Positions 48,925 through 57,073 of a stretch of 64,000 nt of DNA are shown here, one piece after another. The number at the start of each line of letters is the position of its first letter. Position 1 is the stretch's first letter. The translations under genes were made by a program, and so were the position numbers. Below the pieces are notes generated by a model. The model saw only the letters and a list, made by a program, of their open reading frames with translations. It ran no database searches and was not told the origin of the DNA. The DNA comes from Burkholderiales bacterium (GTDB taxonomy: Bacteria > Pseudomonadota > Gammaproteobacteria > Burkholderiales > Burkholderiaceae_C). The stretch lies in NCBI GenBank assembly GCA_038234975.1, contig JBBSUK010000003.1, forward strand, positions 1,678 to 65,677. The letters run 5' to 3'.

Positions 48925-51174
48925 ATGTCCAACGTCGCCCGCATCGGCGATCCGCTCAGCCGGGTCGACGGCGTGCTCAAGGTCACGGGCCAGGCGCGCT
49001 ACGCGGCCGAGCACGACGCGCCGGGCCTGCTGTACGGCTGGGTCGTGTCGAGCGCGATCGCCAGGGGCCGGATCGTCGCCATCCGTGAAGACGCTGCGCG
49101 CGCTGTCGCTGGCGTCGTCGAGATCGTCACCCACGCCAACCGGCCGACCACGGCATGGCTCGACACGAGCTACGACGACATGGTGGCGCCGCCCGGCACG
49201 CCGTTCCGGCCGCTCGACAACGACCGCATCCTGTTCAGCCTGCAGCCGGTCGCACTCGTCGTCGCCGAGACGCTCGAGGCGGCGCGTGCCGCGGCGGCGC
49301 TGGTCGAGGTCGACTACGAGAGCGAGCCGCACAACACCGATCTCGAGGTCGCGCTCAAGGACCGGCACGAGCCACGGCGCAAGCGCAGCGGCTTCGCGAT
49401 GCCGACGCCGCGCGGCGACGCGGCGGCGGCGTATGCGAAGGCGGCGGTCCGGCACATGGCGAGCTACCGGATGCCGTCGCACCACCACAACCCGATGGAG
49501 CCGCACGCGACGACCGTCGTCTGGGAGGGCGGTGGCAAGCTCACCGTGTTCGACAAGACGCAGGGCTCGCAGAACGTGCAGCAATACCTCGCGTCGATCT
49601 TTCGCCTGTCGAAGGACGACGTGCGGGTCCGCAACCCGTATGTCGGCGGCGCCTTCGGCTCCGGTCTCAGGCCGCAGTACCAGGTCTTCCTCGCGACGAT
49701 GGCGGCGACGATGCTCGAGCGCTCGGTGCGGGTGGTGCTGACGCGACGGCAGATGTTCAGCCACGTGCATCGGCCGCAGGCCGTGCAGTCGGTGTCGCTC
49801 GGCGCCGACGCGAACGGCCGGTTGCAGGCGATCGTCAACGACGCGACGACGTCGTCGTCGCGCTTCGAGCACTACATGGAGGTCGTCTGCAACTGGGGCC
49901 TCATGAACTACGCCTGCGCCAACGCGTCGGCCGAGTACACGATCGCCGAGATCGACACCTACACGCCGGGCGACATGCGCGCGCCGGGTGCCGCCACCGG
50001 CATGAACCTGTTCGAGATCGCCATCGACGAGATGGCGCACGCGGCCGGTGTCGACCCGCTCGAGTTCCGCCGCCTCAACTACTCCGACAAGGACGCGATG
50101 GCCGACAAGCCGTACACGTCGAAGGCACTGCGCGAGGCCTACGACGCCGGCGCCGAGCGTTTCGGCTGGGCGCGTCGCTCGAGCGAGCCGCGCTCGACGA
50201 AGGACGGCAAGGAGCTCGTCGGCTGGGGCGTCGCCACCGGCATGTGGGACGCGATGTTCATGAAGACGGCGGCGCGCGCCCGGCTGCACGCCGACGGCCG
50301 GCTCGAGGTGGCGAGTGCGACGTCCGACATCGGCACCGGCACCTACACCGTGATGACGCAGGTCGCCTCCGAGACGCTCGACCTCCCGGTCGACCGGATC
50401 ACCGTGCTGCTCGGCGACAGCAGCCTGCCCGCAGCGCCTGTCGAGGGCGGCTCGTGGGCCGCGGCGTCGACCGGCGCGGCGGTTCAGCTCGCCTGCCGCT
50501 CCCTCGGAAAAAAGCTCTTCAAGGCGGCCCGGCGCATCGATGGCCGGCCGCTCGGCGATGCCGCCTACGAGCAGGTGACGTTTCGCGAGGGCCGCATCGT
50601 CGTCCTCGACGACCCCGAGCGCTCCGTGTCGCTCGAGGAATGCGTGCGCGCGAGCGGCGAGCCGATGCTCGAAGCCGAGGAGACCGCAAGCCCCGGGCTG
50701 GCCGGCGTTGCCGGCCTGCTCGGCCTGAACGCCAAGTCGCGCAACACGCACAGTGCCGTGTTCTGCGAGGTCAAGGTCGACGAGGAGCTCGGTGTCGTCC
50801 GGGTGACGCGCATCGTCGTCGCCGTCGCCGCCGGCCGCATCATCAACCCGAAGACGGCGCGCAGCCAGATCCTCGGCGGCGCGGTGATGGGGATCGGCAT
50901 GGCGCTGCACGAGGAGTCGCTCCTCGACCACCGCCTCGGTCGGTTCATGAACCACAACCTCGCCGAGTACCACATCCCGGTCAACGCCGACATCCACGAC
51001 ATCGACGTGATCTTCGTCGACGAACCCGACGCCGAGGTGAGCCCGCTCGGCGTCAAGGGGCTCGGCGAGATCGGCATCGTCGGCGCCGCGGCAGCGGTGG
51101 TCAATGCGATCTTCCACGCCACCGGCAAGCGCGTGCGCGAGCTGCCGGTGACGATCGACAAGCTGCTCGACTGA
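48925..51174 (+). CDS. Molybdoenzyme Mo-binding subunit (PaoC/YagR-like)
   Basis: RVDGVLKVTG.ARYAA, HHNPMEPH, VGGAFGS, MRAPG, SDIGTGTYT, KGLGEIGIVG. Confidence 0.92.
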   Translation: MSNVARIGDPLSRVDGVLKVTGQARYAAEHDAPGLLYGWVVSSAIARGRIVAIREDAARAVAGVVEIVTHANRPTTAWLDTSYDDMVAPPGTPFRPLDNDRILFSLQPVALVVAETLEAARAAAALVEVDYESEPHNTDLEVALKDRHEPRRKRSGFAMPTPRGDAAAAYAKAAVRHMASYRMPSHHHNPMEPHATTVVWEGGGKLTVFDKTQGSQNVQQYLASIFRLSKDDVRVRNPYVGGAFGSGLRPQYQVFLATMAATMLERSVRVVLTRRQMFSHVHRPQAVQSVSLGADANGRLQAIVNDATTSSSRFEHYMEVVCNWGLMNYACANASAEYTIAEIDTYTPGDMRAPGAATGMNLFEIAIDEMAHAAGVDPLEFRRLNYSDKDAMADKPYTSKALREAYDAGAERFGWARRSSEPRSTKDGKELVGWGVATGMWDAMFMKTAARARLHADGRLEVASATSDIGTGTYTVMTQVASETLDLPVDRITVLLGDSSLPAAPVEGGSWAAASTGAAVQLACRSLGKKLFKAARRIDGRPLGDAAYEQVTFREGRIVVLDDPERSVSLEECVRASGEPMLEAEETASPGLAGVAGLLGLNAKSRNTHSAVFCEVKVDEELGVVRVTRIVVAVAAGRIINPKTARSQILGGAVMGIGMALHEESLLDHRLGRFMNHNLAEYHIPVNADIHDIDVIFVDEPDAEVSPLGVKGLGEIGIVGAAAAVVNAIFHATGKRVRELPVTIDKLLD

Positions 51175-51197
51175 GCGGGCGGGGCGCCCGCCGTCGA

Positions 51198-51650
51198 TCA
51201 GGTCGCGAAAAGCTTGCCGATGTCGGCGAACGCCTTGAACTCGAGCGCGTTGCCCGACGGGTCGAGGAAGAACATCGTCGCCTGCTCGCCCGGCTCGCCC
51301 TTGAAGCGGACGTAGGGTTCGATCACGAACTCGGTGTCTTCGGCCGTGAGCCGGTCGGCGAGCGCCTGCCATTCGGCCATCGGCAGGACGATGCCGAAGT
51401 GGCGCACCGGAACGCCGTGGCCGTCGACCGCGTTGCGCTGCGTCGCGCCGGTGTCGTCGGGCGCGAGGTGGGCCACGATCTGGTGGCCGTAGAAGTTGAA
51501 ATCGACCCAGTCGTCGGCGCTGCGTCCTTCAGGGCAACCGAGCAGGTCGCCGTAGAAGCGGCGGGCCTGCGCGATGTCGTGAACCGGAAAGGCGAGGTGA
51601 AAGGGAGAGAGGAGCGCGGGGTTGGTGGCGGGGGCGTGCATGGGGCTCAT
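51198..51650 (-). CDS. VOC/glyoxalase-family protein
   Basis: [36 protein letters not shown]. Confidence 0.88.
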   Translation of the reverse strand: MSPMHAPATNPALLSPFHLAFPVHDIAQARRFYGDLLGCPEGRSADDWVDFNFYGHQIVAHLAPDDTGATQRNAVDGHGVPVRHFGIVLPMAEWQALADRLTAEDTEFVIEPYVRFKGEPGEQATMFFLDPSGNALEFKAFADIGKLFAT

Positions 51651-51710
51651 GGTAGGGGTGTCCGTGGTTCTCGCAGGCAGGCGCCGCCGCGACGCTGGAC
51701 AATGCCGGGC

Positions 51711-52505
51711 ATGCCGTCCACCGTCCGCATCCAACGCGCCGGCCACGTGGCCCGCGTCTGGCTCGACCGCCCCGAGGTCCGCAATGCGCTCGACGGCACG
51801 CTGATCCGCGAGCTCGCGGCGACCTTCGCCGAGCTCGGCGGCGTCGATTCCGGCGTGCGCGCGATCGTCCTCGGCGGCGGTGGCAAGGCGTTCTGCGCCG
51901 GCGCCGACCTGGCCTTCATGCGCGAGGTCTCCGGCTACACGTGGGAGCAGAACCGGGTCGATGCCGAGGTGCTCGCCGAGATGCTGTGGCAGCTCTACAG
52001 CTGCCCGGTGCCGGTTGTCGCCCGCATCCACGGAGACTGCTACGCCGGCGGCCTCGGCATCGCCGCGGTGTGCGACGTGCGCGTGGCAGCCGTGGGCGTC
52101 ACGTTCTGCCTGAGCGAGGCGCGGCTCGGCCTGCTGCCGGCGACGATCAGCCCCTACGTCGTCCGCGCGATGGGCGAGGCAGCGGCACGCCGCTGGTTCG
52201 TCACCGCCGAGCGCTTCTCGGCCGGCGAGGCGAAGGCGATGGGCTTCGTGCACGAGGTCGTCGACGCCGACGCGCTCGACGACAAGGTCGACGCGATCGT
52301 CGCGGCGCTCGTCGCCAACGGTCCGGCCGCGACGCGGGCCTGCAAGCAGCTCGTGCACGACGTCGCCGGTCACGAGATCACGCCGGCGCTGCGCGCCGAG
52401 ACGGCACGGCGCATCGCCGACATGCGGGCGAGCGACGAGGGCAGGGAAGGCGTCGCGAGCTTTCTCGAGAAGCGCAAGCCGCGCTGGACGGCGAACACGC
52501 CATGA
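51711..52505 (+). CDS. Enoyl-CoA hydratase, methylglutaconyl-CoA hydratase (LiuC)-like
   Basis: [34 protein letters not shown]; near HMG-CoA lyase. Confidence 0.88.
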   Translation: MPSTVRIQRAGHVARVWLDRPEVRNALDGTLIRELAATFAELGGVDSGVRAIVLGGGGKAFCAGADLAFMREVSGYTWEQNRVDAEVLAEMLWQLYSCPVPVVARIHGDCYAGGLGIAAVCDVRVAAVGVTFCLSEARLGLLPATISPYVVRAMGEAAARRWFVTAERFSAGEAKAMGFVHEVVDADALDDKVDAIVAALVANGPAATRACKQLVHDVAGHEITPALRAETARRIADMRASDEGREGVASFLEKRKPRWTANTP

Positions 52506-53185
52506 CGACGCTCGACCTGCCGCACCTCGTCGCCATCGCCGCCGCGCTCGGCTGGGCGAGCGGGCTGCGCCTGTATGCGGTCGTCTTTCTCACCGGCGCG
52601 GCCGGGGCGCTCGGCTGGGTCGACCTGCCGTCGGGCCTGCACGTCCTGCAGAGCCCGTGGCTGCTCGGTGCGAGCGCGATCATGTTCGCGGCCGAGTTCT
52701 TCGTCGACAAGATCCCCGGTGCCGACACGCTCTGGGACGCCCTGCATACGCTGATCCGCATTCCGGCCGGCGCCGCGCTCGCCGCCGCGGTGTTCGGCGT
52801 CGACGACGCGACGTGGACGACGATGGCCGCGCTCGTGGGCGGTTCGCTCGCCGCCACCAGCCACGCCACCAAGGCGACCGCGCGCGCGGCGGTCAACACC
52901 TCGCCGGAGCCGTTCTCCAACATCGCCATGTCGCTGCTCGGCGACGGTCTCGTTCCGCTCGCGCTGTGGCTGTCGTGGGCGCATCCGTACGCGTTCTTCG
53001 TGGCGCTGGCGGCGATGCTCGTCGCCATGGCCGTCACCCTGGCCGTGCTGTGGCGTTTCCTGCGCGGCGTGGTGGGCGTCTTCGGCGGGCGCTACCGTCG
53101 GCCGATGGCGCCGCGGCCGTCGCCGTCGCCGACCACCCGGTCGCCGGGGTTGCCGCCGGCCCGCATCGAGGTATCCGAACCATGA
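52502..53185 (+). CDS. DUF4126-family membrane protein
   Basis: [38 protein letters not shown]. Confidence 0.85.
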   Translation: MTTLDLPHLVAIAAALGWASGLRLYAVVFLTGAAGALGWVDLPSGLHVLQSPWLLGASAIMFAAEFFVDKIPGADTLWDALHTLIRIPAGAALAAAVFGVDDATWTTMAALVGGSLAATSHATKATARAAVNTSPEPFSNIAMSLLGDGLVPLALWLSWAHPYAFFVALAAMLVAMAVTLAVLWRFLRGVVGVFGGRYRRPMAPRPSPSPTTRSPGLPPARIEVSEP

Positions 53186-54111
53186 GCCTGCCGACCCGCG
53201 TCACCCTCGTCGACGTCGGCCCGCGCGACGGGCTGCAGAACGAGAAGCAGGCGGTCGACGCCGCCGTCAAGATCGAGCTCGTGCATCGCCTGCAGGCGGC
53301 TGGCCTGCGGGAGATCGAGGTCACCAGCTTCGTCAGCCCGAAGTGGGTGCCGCAGATGGCCGACAACGCCGCCGTGCTCGCCGGCATCGATCGCCAGCCC
53401 GGCGTGCGCTACTCGGTGCTGGTGCCGAACATGAAAGGGCTCGATGCGGCGCTGTCGGCGCCGAAGCACGACTGGCCCGACGAGATCGTCGTCTTCGGTG
53501 CCGCGACCGAGGCCTTTTCGCAGAAGAACATCAACTGCTCGATCGCCGAGAGCGTCGAGCGCTTCCGCCAGGTCGTCGCGGCGGCGAAATCGCACGGCAT
53601 CAAGGTGCGCGCGGCGGTGTCGTGCGCGCTCGGTTGCCCGTACCAGGGCGATGTGAGCGCCGACGAGGTCGAGCGCGTCGTCGTGCTCATGAAAGGCATC
53701 GGCGTCGACCACTGCGGCATCGCCGACACGATCGGCGTCGGCACGCCCAGGCGCGTGCAGGCGGCGATGGAACGGGCGCTGAAGCACTACCCCGTGGCCG
53801 AGGTGAGCGGTCATTTCCACGACACCTACGCGCAGGGCGTCGGCAACGTCTACGCCGCGCTCGAAGTCGGCGTCGCCACCTTCGACGCCAGCATCGCGGG
53901 GTTGGGCGGCTGCCCGTATGCCAAAGGCGCCACCGGCAACGTCGCGACCGAAGACGTGTTGTTCATGCTCGAAGGGCTCGGCATCGAGACGGGCGTCTCG
54001 CTCGACGGGCTGGTCGACGCGGCCGATTTCATCGCGAACGTGCTCGGTCGCAAGCCCGTGTCGCGTTCGGCGAACGCGCTGCTTGCCAAGCGGGCGAGCG
54101 TGGCCGCCTAA
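53182..54111 (+). CDS. liuE: Hydroxymethylglutaryl-CoA lyase
   Basis: VGPRDGLQNE, TSFVSPKWVPQMAD, HFHDTY, GLGGCPYAKGATGNVATED. Confidence 0.93.
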   Translation: MSLPTRVTLVDVGPRDGLQNEKQAVDAAVKIELVHRLQAAGLREIEVTSFVSPKWVPQMADNAAVLAGIDRQPGVRYSVLVPNMKGLDAALSAPKHDWPDEIVVFGAATEAFSQKNINCSIAESVERFRQVVAAAKSHGIKVRAAVSCALGCPYQGDVSADEVERVVVLMKGIGVDHCGIADTIGVGTPRRVQAAMERALKHYPVAEVSGHFHDTYAQGVGNVYAALEVGVATFDASIAGLGGCPYAKGATGNVATEDVLFMLEGLGIETGVSLDGLVDAADFIANVLGRKPVSRSANALLAKRASVAA

Positions 54112-54113
54112 CG

Positions 54114-55376
54114 ATGTCCGCTCCCGTCACCACGGCCCTCCATCCCGGGTCGCTGTCGGTCGACGCGGCGGTGCCGCCTGCTGCGGTCGCCAGGCGGCCA
54201 GCCGCGATGGGGATTCTCGGCGCGCTCAGTGCCTCGCACCTGATCAACGACATGATGCAGTCGCTGATCCTGGCGCTGTACCCGGTGCTCAAGGGCACGT
54301 TCTCGCTGTCGTTCGCGCAGATCGGCCTGATCACGCTCACCTTCCAGCTCACCGCGTCGTTGTTCCAGCCGCTGATCGGCCTCTACACCGATCGACGGCC
54401 GACGCCGTACTCGCTCCCGGTCGGCATGACCTCGACGCTGTGCGGCCTGCTGCTCCTCGCCTACGCACCGAACTACGCGACCTTGCTGCTCGCGGCCGCG
54501 TTCGTCGGCCTCGGCTCCGCCGTGTTCCATCCGGAGTCGTCCCGGGTCGCGCGGCTGGCGTCGGGCGGGCGCCACGGCTTCGCGCAGTCGATGTTCCAGG
54601 TGGGCGGCAACACCGGCAGCGCCGTCGGGCCGCTGATCGCCGCGCTCGTCATCGCGCCGTACGGGCAGCACGCCGTCGCGTGGTTCGCGCTGATCGCCCT
54701 GCTGGGCATCTTCATGCTTTCGCGCGTCAGCCGCTGGTATGCGATCAGCAGCGCGCCGAAGGGGCGAGCGAGACCGCCGCCGGAGGCCTCTCCTTACGAG
54801 CGCAAGACCGTGGTCGGCGCCGTGGCGGTGCTGCTGGTGCTGATCTTCTCGAAGTACTTCTACGTCGCCGGTCTCAGCACGTTCTATACCTTCTACCTGA
54901 TCGAGAAGTTCGGCGTGTCGGTGCGGGACGCGCAACTGCACCTGTTCATGTTCCTGTTCGCGGCCGCACTCGGCACGCTGCTCGGCGGCCCGGTGGGAGA
55001 CCGGATCGGCCGCAAGCCCGTCATCTGGTTCTCGATCCTCGGCATCGCGCCGTTCACCCTGCTGCTGCCGCACGCGAACCTGTACTGGACGACGGTGCTC
55101 ACGGTCGTCATCGGCCTGATCCTGTCGTCCGCGTTCTCGGCGATCCTCGTCTACGCGCAGGAGCTGATGCCGGGCAAGATCGGCATGGTGTCGGGCCTGT
55201 TCTTCGGCTTCGCCTTCGGCATGGGCGGTCTCGGCGCCGCGGTGCTCGGCGTTCTGGCCGACCACACCAGCATCGAGTACGTGTACCGGGCGATCGCCTG
55301 GCTGCCGCTGCTCGGCGTGGTGGCGGTGCTGCTGCCGAAGAGGCGCCAGCCAGCGCCGTCGACCGGCGCCGCCTGA
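54114..55376 (+). CDS. MFS transporter, Fsr-like
   Basis: SHLINDMMQS, QPLIGLYTDRR, FHPESSRVARLASGGRHG.AQS.FQVGGN. Confidence 0.9.
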   Translation: MSAPVTTALHPGSLSVDAAVPPAAVARRPAAMGILGALSASHLINDMMQSLILALYPVLKGTFSLSFAQIGLITLTFQLTASLFQPLIGLYTDRRPTPYSLPVGMTSTLCGLLLLAYAPNYATLLLAAAFVGLGSAVFHPESSRVARLASGGRHGFAQSMFQVGGNTGSAVGPLIAALVIAPYGQHAVAWFALIALLGIFMLSRVSRWYAISSAPKGRARPPPEASPYERKTVVGAVAVLLVLIFSKYFYVAGLSTFYTFYLIEKFGVSVRDAQLHLFMFLFAAALGTLLGGPVGDRIGRKPVIWFSILGIAPFTLLLPHANLYWTTVLTVVIGLILSSAFSAILVYAQELMPGKIGMVSGLFFGFAFGMGGLGAAVLGVLADHTSIEYVYRAIAWLPLLGVVAVLLPKRRQPAPSTGAA

Positions 55377-55383
55377 AGCCGCG

Positions 55384-56160
55384 CTACTTCTCGACGAACG
55401 CCCGCTCGATCACGTAGTCGCCCGCCTGGCCGACGCCGCCGGAGATGGTGAAGCCGGCAGTGTCGAGCACCTCGCGCATGTCCTTGAGCATCGCCGGGCC
55501 GCCGCAGATCATCGCCCGGTCGCTCGCCGGGTCGATCTGCGCGAGGCCGATGTCGCGGCAGAGCTTGCCGTTGGCAATGAGCTCTGGCAATCGCCCCTGG
55601 TTGCGGAACGGCTCGCGCGTGACGGTCGGGTAGTAGACGAGCTTGGCGCGCACCTCGTCGCCGAGGTGGTCGTGCCGCGGCAGCTCGTGGTCGATCAGGT
55701 CGGCGTAGGCGAGCTCGTCGACCTTGCGAACGCCATGCACGAGCACGACCTTGGCGAAGCGCTCGTAGGTGTCGGGGTCGCGGATGATCGACAGGAAGGG
55801 CGCCAGGCCCGTGCCGGTGGCGAACAGGTAGAGGTTGCGGCCCGGCAGCAGGTCGGTGAGCACGAGGGTGCCGGTCGGCTTGCTGCCGACGAGCACGTCG
55901 TCGCCGACCTGCAGGTGCTGCAGGCGCGAGGTGAGCGGCCCGTCGGCCACCTTGATGCTGAAGAACTCGAGGTGCTCCTCGTAATGCGCGCTGGCGATCG
56001 AGTAGGCGCGCAGGAGCGGCTTGCCGTCGACGACGATGCCGACCATCAGGAAGTGACCGCTCTCGAAGCGCAGGCTGGCGCCGCGCGTGCAGGTGAAGGT
56101 GAAGAGCGATTCGTTCCAGTGGTGGACCGAGAGGACTTTCTGAACGTCGTAGGCGGCCAT
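55384..56160 (-). CDS. fpr: Ferredoxin-NADP+ reductase (bacterial subclass I)
   Basis: RAYSIAS, GPLTSRL, TGTGLAPF, MICG, C-terminal ERAFVEK. Confidence 0.95.
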   Translation of the reverse strand: MAAYDVQKVLSVHHWNESLFTFTCTRGASLRFESGHFLMVGIVVDGKPLLRAYSIASAHYEEHLEFFSIKVADGPLTSRLQHLQVGDDVLVGSKPTGTLVLTDLLPGRNLYLFATGTGLAPFLSIIRDPDTYERFAKVVLVHGVRKVDELAYADLIDHELPRHDHLGDEVRAKLVYYPTVTREPFRNQGRLPELIANGKLCRDIGLAQIDPASDRAMICGGPAMLKDMREVLDTAGFTISGGVGQAGDYVIERAFVEK

Positions 56161-56221
56161 GTGCGAGGGTTTGCTGCGAGCGCATATTGTCCGCAAAATG
56201 GCTGCGCAGCCCCTCCAAGCC

Positions 56222-57073
56222 ATGTCGAACGCCGCCGCCAGCCCGCGATACGAGCGACCGCGAACCGTGCCCGACGCGGTCGCGCTGCTCGCCGAAGCCG
56301 CGTTCCTGCCGCTCGCCGGCGGGACCGACGTCTTCCCGGCGCACGTCGGGCGCGCGGTCGGTCGACCGATCCTCGACCTGGGCCGGGTCGAGGGCCTGCG
56401 CGACATCGGCGAGACGGCCGACGGCTGGACGATCGGCGCGACGACGACGTGGACCGACCTGCTGCGAGCCGACCTGCCGCCGCTGTTCGACGGCTTGCGT
56501 GCTGCGGCGCGCGAGGTCGGCGGCGTGCAGATCCAGAACACCGGGACGGTCGCCGGCAACGTGTGCAACGCGTCGCCGGCCGCCGACGGCGTGCCGGTGC
56601 TGCTGGCGCTCGATGCCGAGGTCGTGCTCGCGAGCGCGCGCGGCGAGCGATCGTTGCCGCTCGGCGACTTCGTGCTCGGGCCGCGGCGGACCGCCCGGCT
56701 CGCCGACGAGCTGGTCGTCGCCTTGCGCATCCCCCGTCGAAGTGCCCGTGCCCGCTCCGCGTTCCTCAAGCTCGGCGGACGTCGCTACCTCGTCATCTCG
56801 ATCGCCATGGTCGCCGCGACGGTCGATGTCGATGCGACCGGTCGGGCGACCCACGCAGCGGTCGCGGTGGGCAGCTGCTCGGCGGTCGCCATGCGTCTGC
56901 GGTGTCTCGAGGCGCGACTCCTGGGCTGTCCCGTCGCCGATCTCGCGGCATGCCCCGAGGCGGCCGACCTCGCGCCACTCGGCCCCATCGACGACATCCG
57001 CGCCACCGCCGCCTACCGGCTCGACGCCGCACTTTGCCTCGTGCGCCGCGCGCTGACGCAGGTGGCCCGATGA
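56222..57073 (+). CDS. Mo-hydroxylase FAD subunit (nicotinate dehydrogenase NdhF-like)
   Basis: LAGGTD, QIQNTGTVAGNVCNASPAAD, PIDDIRATAAYR. Confidence 0.88.
   Translation: MSNAAASPRYERPRTVPDAVALLAEAAFLPLAGGTDVFPAHVGRAVGRPILDLGRVEGLRDIGETADGWTIGATTTWTDLLRADLPPLFDGLRAAAREVGGVQIQNTGTVAGNVCNASPAADGVPVLLALDAEVVLASARGERSLPLGDFVLGPRRTARLADELVVALRIPRRSARARSAFLKLGGRRYLVISIAMVAATVDVDATGRATHAAVAVGSCSAVAMRLRCLEARLLGCPVADLAACPEAADLAPLGPIDDIRATAAYRLDAALCLVRRALTQVAR

Noticed and set aside
37832-51650. Possible genomic island or prophage
   Set aside because: No integrase, transposase, tRNA target, flanking direct repeats or obvious compositional shift was seen, so it is reported only as an accessory block.
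55666-57069. Apparent 1417-aa Mo-enzyme fusion
   Set aside because: The N-terminal third overlaps fpr and the FAD-subunit gene. The true start is 57070.
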